Source: Eledone cirrhosa (lineage: Eukaryota). Taken from it: 64,000 nucleotides of DNA. Position 1 is the stretch's first letter. Every line of letters starts with the position of its first letter. A program made the translations under genes and the position numbers. Below, one piece after another: positions 1 to 13,994 of the stretch. The notes beneath the pieces were generated by a model. The model did not search any database, was not told the origin of the DNA, and saw only the letters and a program-made list of their open reading frames with translations. Where the stretch lies: assembly GCA_964016885.1 (NCBI GenBank), contig OZ024740.1, positions 131,998,001-132,062,000 on the forward strand. The letters are read 5' to 3'.

Positions 1-3000
1 TAAAGTCCTTCAATATTATATCAGGTCTATTTGCATCTATTTTTCGGTCTGTTTGGATGCTAAAGTTCCACAAGATTGAGATGTGATCTTTTTCAAGTAT
101 GGGAGGTGGTTGATGCTCCCACCAATTCTTTTGATGTGGCAGGTCAAATTGCTTACACATTATCCAATGTATGTATTGTGCAGCTCTGTCATGCCTGTTT
201 AGGTATTCGGTTGGAGCTATAGGACTGCACATTGAAATTATATGGTCAATGGTCTCTGGTTGTTTTTTGCATACACGGCATAATGGGCTGCATCCATTTT
301 TTATTATGTTGGCTTGGTAATTTTTTGTTGGCAGACACTGATCTTGTGCTGATATAATCAGTCCTTCAGTCTCCGATTTCAGTCCAGAGGATGCCAACCA
401 CTGATGGGTTAACGTTTTGTCAACATCAGGATTGTTAGCTCGCTCTGGGTATTTTCCATATAGAGGCTTTTCTTGCCATTTCTTAGCCAGTTTCTGTAGC
501 AGTTCTTTCTTTGCAGTTACTTTTACCTGCTTTGCTTTTTCTGTGTTTTCCATTTCAGCAGTAAATGGAACTTCTGAAATGTGTAGTCCATTACTGTATC
601 TTTGTGCATCTTTTGTAATGGAATATGATCTTTTGATGCTTTCGTGTTTCAAAACGAGTCTGATCATCCAATCATGTGATTCCCTTAGATATGTAGATAA
701 TCCAATTGTTGCAGTTTTCAACGCAATGTCTAACTGGATTAACCCACATCCTCCTTCTTTCCTAGGGAGATATATTCTATCTATATCTGCCTTAGGGTGA
801 TGCATTCTGTGCATGGTTAAGAGTTTTCGAATTTTTGTATCAAGCCTACGGATCTCTGTGCTTGACCAGTTGATGACATTGTAACTGTAGGTTACTACTG
901 GTATGGCAAGCGTGTTTATGGCATCGATCCTATTCGTTGCATTCAATTCCGTTCTTAAGATTGCTCTTACTCTGCGGTAACATTCCTTCCTTATCCTTTC
1001 CTTCATTGTCGAATGCTTGATTCCGTCTCCTTCACAAACACCTAGATATTTGTAAGTTTTTTCTTGATCAAGTTCTCTTATCACGTTCCCCCGATCAAGA
1101 TTAATGTCTGAACTCTTCAGCAGCTTTCCTCTGGTGAACGTTGCTTTGGCGCATTTGTCTAGTCCAAACTCCATTTTAAAGACATCACTGAACTGCTCCA
1201 CAGTGGATAATAGCCCTTGCAATTGTTCATCATTTTTTGCAAATAGTTTCAGGTCATCCATGTAGAACAAGTGATTAATGGTTTTGTCATAGACTTTATA
1301 TCCATGTTTTGTTTCATTGAGCATTTTACTTAATGGTATAAATGCGATGCAGAATAAAAGCGTTGATAAAGAGTCACCTTGAAAAATTCCACAATTAATA
1401 TTAACTTCTGCAGCTTCCAGTGATTTTGTTTCACTATTCAAAAGGAGTGTCGTTTTCCATCTCTTCATACTGAATGACAAAAACCTCCTGACAACGGGGG
1501 ATATCTTGAAAATCTCTAAACATTTTTCAATCCAACTGTGTGGCAAACTATCGAATGCTTTTTTATAATCTATCCAAGCAATCGATAGATTTTTGTGTCT
1601 ATTATGACAATCTTTCCAGTATCATTTTGTTAACCAGAAGCTGAACCTTACAGCCATATGAGCCTCGTTTACACCCTTTCTGCTCAATGGGAAATAGGTC
1701 ATTTGTTATCAGGTGGTCATATGTGTATTTAGTTAGGATTGATGTTAAAATGTTATACATTGTGGTCAAGCAAGTTATCGGTCTGTAATTTTTGGGATTG
1801 TTTGTCTCATCATTCTTCGGAAGCAGGAATGTAATGCCGTTAACTCGCCATGATGGTATCTTTTCTGGCTCCTTAACTATTTCATTGTAAAGTTGGGCTA
1901 ACAGCTCATGAGACTCTGTGAAGGCAAGCGCAACTGTTCAACTGTTATATTTTCCCATATTTGTTCCTCAAGGTGAACTGTATCTTTCATTTGTCTGTCT
2001 ATCCATGGGGCATGTATGTTATGAACTTTTTCTTCGGCCCAGATCTTTTCCCAGAATTCTTGCACTTCCTCCTTGGGTGGTATTGATTTAGCAGTTATTG
2101 TTGACGTACCAATTTTTCTGTAGAAGTTTCTTTGGTTGTTTTTAAACATATTATTGTCCTTATAGAATCTAGATCGTTTGTCAAAGCCCCTTATACGAGC
2201 AGCTTTGGCCGACACTTTTTGCATGATTATTTCTATCAGCATGTCTATGTCACTTGTTGATTTTATACTGTACTTTTTTTTCAAATTTCTAAGTTTAGTT
2301 TGTTTAACATGTTCACCTACTTTATAGTTTGTTAAAATTTCTATGTCAGATCGGAGAAGGTTTATTTGGCGATTGATGTTCTCTTGCCAAGTAGATTTCT
2401 TGTGGGAATTCCTTTGTTTTTTCATCTTCACTCCACATAAGTGAGTGGTGACTTTAGCTGATGCATAATAGAGATGATTTAAATCAGTAATGTTTAGTTT
2501 GTTTGTGATGATAATGTTTTTGAGAATTATGTTAGTCTTGTGTATTATCTTTTCGTTCTGTTTGGAGTTCTGGATCTTAGGGAGGGTGTCTCGTTGCCCC
2601 ATGTCAGATTCTTTCATTTTCATCCATTCAATCATAATTTCATCCTTCAAGTTGGAAAGTTCATTCTTATTCATTTCTTTATCATTTACGATCTCATTAT
2701 TTTCATTTGGTGTTTCATCTTGAGCATGCACTCCCTCCACCTTTTCGATCCTTTCTTTAATTTGTTCTGTTGCCAGTGATTCCGCCCTAACCCTGGGATT
2801 CGAAGTGTTACAATTTACCTCGTTTTCACTGACACATATTTCATTTACCCGTCGCTGACTTTGTGCTAATAGCTTGATCTGATCAATTTCTATATCAGTT
2901 AGTAACTTTTTTCTTACAATATTTCTTCGTATATTGGCTAGTTTGTTGCTGTCAATATAGCCTCTGTTTTCGGGATGTTTCTTTTTCCAGTTGGTATATG

Positions 3001-3458
3001 TCTGTTCTGTATTCGATGTATTTGATAGGTAGTACATGGCAGTGTAGAAAGCCTCAAGGACTTCTTTATTATCTTCCCTTGACCATTTTTCTCTCTTTTT
3101 CTTTGGATTTCTTGGTGGTGAGCATGGAGGGCCAACAGTAGGAGTATTCCGGGTATGGGAGGTCTCCAGCTCCGAAGTGATGGGAAGGTTTGAACCATTA
3201 GCTGATTTTTCGACCCCAGTCTGGTTCCTCTCTGATGGACGCGGCCCTTTTTGACCCGGGTGACGGCCGATCCGGTATGAGATTTTATCATTAGACATTT
3301 ACTTTATTTTGCCGCGTTTTATCCTTATCCGCCAAGGGGTAATCATTTCGTGTTACCACTTCTAAAACGAGTGTCAACCAAGACTAGATTGGTCGTTCTC
3401 CCCTAGAGACACGGCTATTCCCCGCCGGCCGCCATCCTGGTATTTCTTGGTCACGGGG
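1..3458 (-). mobile_element. R4/Dong-clade non-LTR retrotransposon family A, copy 1 (3' end outside window), defective
   Basis: Same sequence as copy 2. N-terminal ORF 1898-3298 and RT/RLE region 1-1550. Carries the 67-bp deletion and a +1 frameshift. Confidence 0.92.
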
Positions 3459-4324
3459 TTTTCTTTTTGTTGTTTTTTTTAAATTGGTATTATCATGAGT
3501 GGTTCCTTAATGTGAGCATAACGTGGCTTAAGAATGAAATTATGAATAATTGTCTCCACCCCAGGCACAAGGCCAGCAATCACCCAGTGCATTACAATAA
3601 TATAATATACTTTTTGCTGAAGTTGCCTGTTATTGTTGTTGGCTATGTCGGTGGTGGTGCTGGGGCTTTTTATACTGTTGGTGAGGAAGGGGTGAGCCAG
3701 CAGTGCCATAGTTGTTGTCGTTTGCTCGGTGGCCAGGTCACTAAGTCATTCTATTTATATCTTTTGCTAGCCTCTCCCTTGTCTAGTGATACCGCCACCT
3801 TCCCCTTTCTCAAGTTAACAGGGGAATAGTGGTGGTAGCAATGAAGGAGTGGTGGCGGCGGTGATGGGATAGTGGTAGCAATGATGGTAGCGGCGGTGGC
3901 GTTGTCGTTACTGAGTTCTGTGATAAGCAGTATCTATGAGTTTGTGTCGCGTATGTTTAATATATATTGTGTTGACATATTCCCGTAAAATTGGAATTAA
4001 GCATTTTGTTAAAACTTGAGACAATAATAATAGTAATTATAATTATGGTGCTGGGATTGGTGGTGGTGGTGGTGAAATTGCCGTTATCTGGCTGTTATAT
4101 TTAGTGTGATGGGTAGGTGGTGTATCAAGTTTCTGGTGTTGGTGAAATTGCTGTTATTTGGCTGTTCTATATAGTGTAGACAGAGGGTGTTTTCTTCCAT
4201 TTATAACCATTTTCTTTTTTGAATACAAAATATATAATACAAAATTGAATATTTGATCGATATAACAATATTTGAATATTTGAGCGATATAACAATATTT
4301 ATTATTATTATTATTATTATTATT

Positions 4325-4792
4325 ACAGTTGCATTTATCTTGCTTTATGTTCATACGAGTTATCACCAAGTCACAACCAGTGACCTCAAGAGACAACAAG
4401 GTCCGCCATGTTCAAGAAAGAACATACATACTCACACATGCATCTTTAGTGTTTAGACTTGTGATGTATTTATATTGACAGAATCTTCCTTAGTATATGG
4501 GCAGTTCCCATTAGTACTATATTTTGTATTTCTCTTATACGCGGGTTTCCTGGGATTTGCGATAAGTAATCATAGGACCCCTTAGGTATCATTCCCAGAG
4601 CACCCACAACCACTGGTATTGTTTTAGTTCTCAATTTCCACATTTTTCCAAATTATATCTCCAGGTCCTTATAATTGCTCAATTTTTCAAATGTTTTTAT
4701 AGATACATTCTTGTCTATTGGAACGGACATATCAATTAGCAGGCATACCGTCTTTTTAAAGTCCTTCAATATTAAATCAGGTCCATTTGCAT
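4325..4792 (-). mobile_element. 5'-truncated (~470 bp) diverged sibling of family A, between two (TAA)n tracts
   Basis: Matches the family A 3' UTR and RLE C-terminus with many substitutions. Repeated at 9587-10054 and 14861-15328. Confidence 0.9.
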
Positions 4793-4793
4793 A

Positions 4794-4832
<39 letters not shown>

Positions 4833-4975
4833 AGTTGCATTTATCTTGCTTTATGTTCATACGAGTTATCACCAAGTCACAGCCAGTGACCTCAAGAGAC
4901 AACAAGGTCAGCCATGTTCAAGAAAGAACATACATATTCACACATGCATCTTTAGTGTTTAGACTTGTGATGTAC

Positions 4976-6808
4976 TTATATTGACAGAATCTTCTTTAGT
5001 ATATGGGCAGTTCCCATTAGTACTATCTTTTGTATATCTCCTATACGCGGGTTTCCTGGGATTTGCGATAAGTAATCATTAGACCGCTTAGGTATCATTC
5101 CCAGAGCGCCTACAGCCACTGGTATTGTTTTAGTTCTCAATTTCCACATTTTTCCAATTTCTATCTCCAGGTCTTTATACTTGCTCAATTTTTCAAATGT
5201 TTTTATAGATACATTCTTGTCTATTGGAACAGACATATCAATTAGCAGGCATACCCTCTTTTTAAAGTCCTTCAATATTATATCAGGTCTATTTGCATCT
5301 ATTTTTCGGTCTGTTTGGATGCTAAAGTTCCACAAGATTGAGATGTGATCTTTTTCAAGTATGGGAGGTGGTTGATGCTCCCACCAATTCTTTTGATGTG
5401 GCAGGTCAAATTGCTTACACATTATCCAATGTATGTATTGTGCAGCTCTGTCATGCCTGTTTAGGTATTCGGTTGGAGCTATAGGACTGCACATTGAAAT
5501 TATATGGTCAATGGTCTCTGGTTGTTTTTTGCATACACGGCATAATGGGCTGCATCCATTTTTTATTATGTTGGCTTGGTAATTTTTTGTTGGCAGACAC
5601 TGATCTTGTGCTGATATAATCAGTCCTTCAGTCTCCGATTTCAGTCCAGAGGATGCCAACCACTGATGGGTTAACGTTTTGTCAACATCAGGATTGTTAG
5701 CTCGCTCTGGGTATTTTCCATATAGAGGCTTTTCTTGCCATTTCTTAGCCAGTTTCTGTAGCAGTTCTTTCTTTGCAGTTACTTTTACCTGCTTTGCTTT
5801 TTCTGTGTTTTCCATTTCAGCAGTAAATGGAACTTCTGAAATGTGTAGTCCATTACTGTATCTTTGTGCATCTTTTGTAATGGAATATGATCTTTTGATG
5901 CTTTCGTGTTTCAAAACGAGTCTGATCATCCAATCATGTGATTCCCTTAGATATGTAGATAATCCAATTGTTGCAGTTTTCAACGCAATGTCTAACTGGA
6001 TTAACCCACATCCTCCTTCTTTCCTAGGGAGATATATTCTATCTATATCTGCCTTAGGGTGATGCATTCTGTGCATGGTTAAGAATTTTCGAATTTTTGT
6101 ATCAAGCCTACGGATCTCTGTGCTTGACCAGTTGATGACATTGTAACTGTAGGTTACTACTGGTATGGCAAGCGTGTTTATGGCATCGATCCTATTCGTT
6201 GCATTCAATTCCGTTCTTAAGATTGCTCTTACTCTGCGGTAACATTCCTTCCTTATCCTTTCCTTCATTGTCGAATGCTTGATTCCGTCTCCTTCACAAA
6301 CACCTAGATATTTGTAAGTTTTTTCTTGATCAAGTTCTCTTATCACGTTCCCCCGATCAAGATTAATGTCTGAACTCTTCAGCAGCTTTCCTCTGGTGAA
6401 CGTTGCTTTGGCGCATTTGTCTAGTCCAAACTCCATTTTAAAGACATCACTGAACTGCTCCACAGTGGATAATAGCCCTTGCAATTGTTCATCATTTTTT
6501 GCAAATAGTTTCAGGTCATCCATGTAGAACAAGTGATTAATGGTTTTGTCATAGACTTTATATCCATGTTTTGTTTCATTGAGCATTTTACTTAATGGTA
6601 TAAATGCGATGCAGAATAAAAGCGTTGATAAAGAGTCACCTTGAAAAATTCCACAATTAATATTAACTTCTGCAGCTTCCAGTGATTTTGTTTCACTATT
6701 CAAAAGGAGTGTCGTTTTCCATCTCTTCATACTGAATGACAAAAACCTCCTGACAACGGGGGATATCTTGAAAATCTCTAAACATTTTTCAATCCAACTG
6801 TGTGGCAA
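4976..6808 (-). pseudogene. RT-RLE C-terminal part of the split family A ORF (copies at 10250-12082 and 15524-17356)
   Basis: 610-aa ORF with RT and restriction-like endonuclease motifs. Separated from its N-terminus by a frameshift (LERLS* instead of LEDCHNRHKNL). Confidence 0.92.
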
Positions 6809-7159
6809 ACTATCGAATGCTTTTTTATAATCTATCCAAGCAATCGATAGATTTTTGTGTCTATTATGACAATCTTTCCAGTATCATTTTGTTAACCAGA
6901 AGCTGAACCTTACAGCCATATGAGCCTCGTTTACACCCTTTCTGCTCAATGGGAAATAGGTCATTTGTTATCAGGTGGTCATATGTGTATTTAGTTAGGA
7001 TTGATGTTAAAATGTTATACATTGTGGTCAAGCAAGTTATCGGTCTGTAATTTTTGGGATTGTTTGTCTCATCATTCTTCGGAAGCAGGAATGTAATGCC
7101 GTTAACTCGCCATGATGGTATCTTTTCTGGCTCCTTAACTATTTCATTGTAAAGTTGGG

Positions 7160-8560
7160 CTAACAGCTCATGAGACTCTGTGAAGGCAAGCGCAACTGTT
7201 CAACTGTTATATTTTCCCATATTTGTTCCTCAAGGTGAACTGTATCTTTCATTTGTCTGTCTATCCATGGGGCATGTATGTTATGAACTTTTTCTTCGGC
7301 CCAGATCTTTTCCCAGAATTCTTGCACTTCCTCCTTGGGTGGTATTGATTTAGCAGTTATTGTTGACGTACCAATTTTTCTGTAGAAGTTTCTTTGGTTG
7401 TTTTTAAACATATTATTGTCCTTATAGAATCTAGATCGTTTGTCAAAGCCCCTTATACGAGCAGCTTTGGCCGACACTTTTTGCATGATTATTTCTATCA
7501 GCATGTCTATGTCACTTGTTGATTTTATACTGTACTTTTTTTTCAAATTTCTAAGTTTAGTTTGTTTAACATGTTCACCTACTTTATAGTTTGTTAAAAT
7601 TTCTATGTCAGATCGGAGAAGGTTTATTTGGCGATTGATGTTCTCTTGCCAAGTAGATTTCTTGTGGGAATTCCTTTGTTTTTTCATCTTCACTCCACAT
7701 AAGTGAGTGGTGACTTTAGCTGATGCATAATAGAGATGATTTAAATCAGTAATGTTTAGTTTGTTTGTGATGATAATGTTTTTGAGAATTATGTTAGTCT
7801 TGTGTATTATCTTTTCGTTCTGTTTGGAGTTCTGGATCTTAGGGAGGGTGTCTCGTTGCCCCATGTCAGATTCTTTCATTTTCATCCATTCAATCATAAT
7901 TTCATCCTTCAAGTTGGAAAGTTCATTCTTATTCATTTCTTTATCATTTACGATCTCATTATTTTCATTTGGTGTTTCATCTTGAGCATGCACTCCCTCC
8001 ACCTTTTCGATCCTTTCTTTAATTTGTTCTGTTGCCAGTGATTCCGCCCTAACCCTGGGATTCGAAGTGTTACAATTTACCTCGTTTTCACTGACACATA
8101 TTTCATTTTCCCGTCGCTGACTTTGTGCTAATAGCTTGATCTGATCAATTTCTATATCAGTTAGTAACTTTTTTCTTACAATATTTCTTCGTATATTGGC
8201 TAGTTTGTTGCTGTCAATATAGCCTCTGTTTTCGGGATGTTTCTTTTTCCAGTTGGTATATGTCTGTTCTGTATTCGATGTATTTGATAGGTAGTACATG
8301 GCAGTGTAGAAAGCCTCAAGGACTTCTTTATTATCTTCCCTTGACCATTTTTCTCTCTTTTTCTTTGGATTTCTTGGTGGTGAGCATGGAGGGCCAACAG
8401 TAGGAGTATTCCGGGTATGGGAGGTCTCCAGCTCCGAAGTGATGGGAAGGTTTGAACCATTAGCTGATTTTTCGACCCCAGTCTGGTTCCTCTCTGATGG
8501 ACGCGGCCCTTTTTGACCCGGGTGACGGCCGATCCGGTATGAGATTTTATCATTAGACAT
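7160..8560 (-). pseudogene. N-terminal part of the family A ORF (copies at 1898-3298 and 12434-13834)
   Basis: Starts at ATG. The KWSREDNKEVLEAFY...W domain is homologous to the family B N-terminus. Ends prematurely after the 67-bp deletion. Confidence 0.88.
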
Positions 8561-10055
8561 TTACTTTATTTTGCCGCGTTTTATCCTTATCCGCCAAGGG
8601 GTAATCATTTCGTGTTACCACTTCTAAAACGAGTGTCAACCAAGACTAGATTGGTCGTTCTCCCCTAGAGACACGGCTATTCCCCGCCGGCCGCCATCCT
8701 GGTATTTCTTGGTCACGGGGTTTTCTTTTTGTTGTTTTTTTTAAATTGGTATTATCATGAGTGGTTCCTTAATGTGAGCATAACGTGGCTTAAGAATGAA
8801 ATTATGAATAATTGTCTCCACCCCAGGCACAAGGCCAGCAATCACCCAGTGCATTACAATAATATAATATACTTTTTGCTGAAGTTGCCTGTTATTGTTG
8901 TTGGCTATGTCGGTGGTGGTGCTGGGGCTTTTTATACTGTTGGTGAGGAAGGGGTGAGCCAGCAGTGCCATAGTTGTTGTCGTTTGCTCGGTGGCCAGGT
9001 CACTAAGTCATTCTATTTATATCTTTTGCTAGCCTCTCCCTTGTCTAGTGATACCGCCACCTTCCCCTTTCTCAAGTTAACAGGGGAATAGTGGTGGTAG
9101 CAATGAAGGAGTGGTGGCGGCGGTGATGGGATAGTGGTAGCAATGATGGTAGCGGCGGTGGCGTTGTCGTTACTGAGTTCTGTGATAAGCAGTATCTATG
9201 AGTTTGTGTCGCGTATGTTTAATATATATTGTGTTGACATATTCCCGTAAAATTGGAATTAAGCATTTTGTTAAAACTTGAGACAATAATAATAGTAATT
9301 ATAATTATGGTGCTGGGATTGGTGGTGGTGGTGGTGAAATTGCCGTTATCTGGCTGTTATATTTAGTGTGATGGGTAGGTGGTGTATCAAGTTTCTGGTG
9401 TTGGTGAAATTGCTGTTATTTGGCTGTTCTATATAGTGTAGACAGAGGGTGTTTTCTTCCATTTATAACCATTTTCTTTTTTGAATACAAAATATATAAT
9501 ACAAAATTGAATATTTGATCGATATAACAATATTTGAATATTTGAGCGATATAACAATATTTATTATTATTATTATTATTATTATTACAGTTGCATTTAT
9601 CTTGCTTTATGTTCATACGAGTTATCACCAAGTCACAACCAGTGACCTCAAGAGACAACAAGGTCCGCCATGTTCAAGAAAGAACATACATACTCACACA
9701 TGCATCTTTAGTGTTTAGACTTGTGATGTATTTATATTGACAGAATCTTCCTTAGTATATGGGCAGTTCCCATTAGTACTATATTTTGTATTTCTCTTAT
9801 ACGCGGGTTTCCTGGGATTTGCGATAAGTAATCATAGGACCCCTTAGGTATCATTCCCAGAGCACCCACAACCACTGGTATTGTTTTAGTTCTCAATTTC
9901 CACATTTTTCCAAATTATATCTCCAGGTCCTTATAATTGCTCAATTTTTCAAATGTTTTTATAGATACATTCTTGTCTATTGGAACGGACATATCAATTA
10001 GCAGGCATACCGTCTTTTTAAAGTCCTTCAATATTAAATCAGGTCCATTTGCATA

Positions 10056-10104
<49 letters not shown>

Positions 10105-10106
<2 letters not shown>

Positions 10107-13100
10107 AGTTGCATTTATCTTGCTTTATGTTCATACGAGTTATCACCAAGTCACAGCCAGTGACCTCAAGAGACAACAAGGTCAGCCATGTTCAAGAAAG
10201 AACATACATATTCACACATGCATCTTTAGTGTTTAGACTTGTGATGTACTTATATTGACAGAATCTTCTTTAGTATATGGGCAGTTCCCATTAGTACTAT
10301 CTTTTGTATATCTCCTATACGCGGGTTTCCTGGGATTTGCGATAAGTAATCATTAGACCGCTTAGGTATCATTCCCAGAGCGCCTACAGCCACTGGTATT
10401 GTTTTAGTTCTCAATTTCCACATTTTTCCAATTTCTATCTCCAGGTCTTTATACTTGCTCAATTTTTCAAATGTTTTTATAGATACATTCTTGTCTATTG
10501 GAACAGACATATCAATTAGCAGGCATACCCTCTTTTTAAAGTCCTTCAATATTATATCAGGTCTATTTGCATCTATTTTTCGGTCTGTTTGGATGCTAAA
10601 GTTCCACAAGATTGAGATGTGATCTTTTTCAAGTATGGGAGGTGGTTGATGCTCCCACCAATTCTTTTGATGTGGCAGGTCAAATTGCTTACACATTATC
10701 CAATGTATGTATTGTGCAGCTCTGTCATGCCTGTTTAGGTATTCGGTTGGAGCTATAGGACTGCACATTGAAATTATATGGTCAATGGTCTCTGGTTGTT
10801 TTTTGCATACACGGCATAATGGGCTGCATCCATTTTTTATTATGTTGGCTTGGTAATTTTTTGTTGGCAGACACTGATCTTGTGCTGATATAATCAGTCC
10901 TTCAGTCTCCGATTTCAGTCCAGAGGATGCCAACCACTGATGGGTTAACGTTTTGTCAACATCAGGATTGTTAGCTCGCTCTGGGTATTTTCCATATAGA
11001 GGCTTTTCTTGCCATTTCTTAGCCAGTTTCTGTAGCAGTTCTTTCTTTGCAGTTACTTTTACCTGCTTTGCTTTTTCTGTGTTTTCCATTTCAGCAGTAA
11101 ATGGAACTTCTGAAATGTGTAGTCCATTACTGTATCTTTGTGCATCTTTTGTAATGGAATATGATCTTTTGATGCTTTCGTGTTTCAAAACGAGTCTGAT
11201 CATCCAATCATGTGATTCCCTTAGATATGTAGATAATCCAATTGTTGCAGTTTTCAACGCAATGTCTAACTGGATTAACCCACATCCTCCTTCTTTCCTA
11301 GGGAGATATATTCTATCTATATCTGCCTTAGGGTGATGCATTCTGTGCATGGTTAAGAGTTTTCGAATTTTTGTATCAAGCCTACGGATCTCTGTGCTTG
11401 ACCAGTTGATGACATTGTAACTGTAGGTTACTACTGGTATGGCAAGCGTGTTTATGGCATCGATCCTATTCGTTGCATTCAATTCCGTTCTTAAGATTGC
11501 TCTTACTCTGCGGTAACATTCCTTCCTTATCCTTTCCTTCATTGTCGAATGCTTGATTCCGTCTCCTTCACAAACACCTAGATATTTGTAAGTTTTTTCT
11601 TGATCAAGTTCTCTTATCACGTTCCCCCGATCAAGATTAATGTCTGAACTCTTCAGCAGCTTTCCTCTGGTGAACGTTGCTTTGGCGCATTTGTCTAGTC
11701 CAAACTCCATTTTAAAGACATCACTGAACTGCTCCACAGTGGATAATAGCCCTTGCAATTGTTCATCATTTTTTGCAAATAGTTTCAGGTCATCCATGTA
11801 GAACAAGTGATTAATGGTTTTGTCATAGACTTTATATCCATGTTTTGTTTCATTGAGCATTTTACTTAATGGTATAAATGCGATGCAGAATAAAAGCGTT
11901 GATAAAGAGTCACCTTGAAAAATTCCACAATTAATATTAACTTCTGCAGCTTCCAGTGATTTTGTTTCACTATTCAAAAGGAGTGTCGTTTTCCATCTCT
12001 TCATACTGAATGACAAAAACCTCCTGACAACGGGGGATATCTTGAAAATCTCTAAACATTTTTCAATCCAACTGTGTGGCAAACTATCGAATGCTTTTTT
12101 ATAATCTATCCAAGCAATCGATAGATGTTTGTGTCTATTATGACAATCTTTCCAGTATCATTTTGTTAACCAGAAGCTGAACCTTACAGCCATATGAGCC
12201 TCGTTTACACCCTTTCTGCTCAATGGGAAATAGGTCATTTGTTATCAGGTGGTCATATGTGTATTTAGTTAGGATTGATGTTAAAATGTTATACATTGTG
12301 GTCAAGCAAGTTATCGGTCTGTAATTTTTGGGATTGTTTGTCTCATCATTCTTCGGAAGCAGGAATGTAATGCCGTTAACTCGCCATGATGGTATCTTTT
12401 CTGGCTCCTTAACTATTTCATTGTAAAGTTGGGCTAACAGCTCATGAGACTCTGTGAAGGCAAGCGCAACTGTTCAACTGTTATATTTTCCCATATTTGT
12501 TCCTCAAGGTGAACTGTATCTTTCATTTGTCTGTCTATCCATGGGGCATGTATGTTATGAACTTTTTCTTCGGCCCAGATCTTTTCCCAGAATTCTTGCA
12601 CTTCCTCCTTGGGTGGTATTGATTTAGCAGTTATTGTTGACGTACCAATTTTTCTGTAGAAGTTTCTTTGGTTGTTTTTAAACATATTATTGTCCTTATA
12701 GAATCTAGATCGTTTGTCAAAGCCCCTTATACGAGCAGCTTTGGCCGACACTTTTTGCATGATTATTTCTATCAGCATGTCTATGTCACTTGTTGATTTT
12801 ATACTGTACTTTTTTTTCAAATTTCTAAGTTTAGTTTGTTTAACATGTTCACCTACTTTATAGTTTGTTAAAATTTCTATGTCAGATCGGAGAAGGTTTA
12901 TTTGGCGATTGATGTTCTCTTGCCAAGTAGATTTCTTGTGGGAATTCCTTTGTTTTTTCATCTTCACTCCACATAAGTGAGTGGTGACTTTAGCTGATGC
13001 ATAATAGAGATGATTTAAATCAGTAATGTTTAGTTTGTTTGTGATGATAATGTTTTTGAGAATTATGTTAGTCTTGTGTATTATCTTTTCGTTCTGTTTG

Positions 13101-13994
13101 GAGTTCTGGATCTTAGGGAGGGTGTCTCGTTGCCCCATGTCAGATTCTTTCATTTTCATCCATTCAATCATAATTTCATCCTTCAAGTTGGAAAGTTCAT
13201 TCTTATTCATTTCTTTATCATTTACGATCTCATTATTTTCATTTGGTGTTTCATCTTGAGCATGCACTCCCTCCACCTTTTCGATCCTTTCTTTAATTTG
13301 TTCTGTTGCCAGTGATTCCGCCCTAACCCTGGGATTCGAAGTGTTACAATTTACCTCGTTTTCACTGACACATATTTCATTTTCCCGTCGCTGACTTTGT
13401 GCTAATAGCTTGATCTGATCAATTTCTATATCAGTTAGTAACTTTTTTCTTACAATATTTCTTCGTATATTGGCTAGTTTGTTGCTGTCAATATAGCCTC
13501 TGTTTTCGGGATGTTTCTTTTTCCAGTTGGTATATGTCTGTTCTGTATTCGATGTATTTGATAGGTAGTACATGGCAGTGTAGAAAGCCTCAAGGACTTC
13601 TTTATTATCTTCCCTTGACCATTTTTCTCTCTTTTTCTTTGGATTTCTTGGTGGTGAGCATGGAGGGCCAACAGTAGGAGTATTCCGGGTATGGGAGGTC
13701 TCCAGCTCCGAAGTGATGGGAAGGTTTGAACCATTAGCTGATTTTTCGACCCCAGTCTGGTTCCTCTCTGATGGACGCGGCCCTTTTTGACCCGGGTGAC
13801 GGCCGATCCGGTATGAGATTTTATCATTAGACATTTACTTTATTTTGCCGCGTTTTATCCTTATCCGCCAAGGGGTAATCATTTCGTGTTACCACTTCTA
13901 AAACGAGTGTCAACCAAGACTAGATTGGTCGTTCTCCCCTAGAGACACGGCTATTCCCCGCCGGCCGCCATCCCGGTATTTCTTGGTCACGGGG
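10105..13994 (-). mobile_element. R4/Dong family A, copy 3 (full length, frameshifted)
   Basis: Near-identical to copy 2 at +5274. Confidence 0.95.

Larger units (their letters stand above)
4831..8720 (-). mobile_element. R4/Dong-clade non-LTR retrotransposon family A, copy 2 (full length, frameshifted)
   Basis: RT motifs GIFQGDSLS and FYMDDLKL, CCHC knuckle CRVC..H....C, RHD, RLE motif RPDIIL.D..D...K..KY. The 3' UTR ends in (TAA)n. Confidence 0.95.

Noticed and set aside
1620-1930. Compensation of the 67-bp deletion by the downstream +1 insertion to restore the family A ORF
   Set aside because: A stop codon at 1898-1900 lies between the two lesions.
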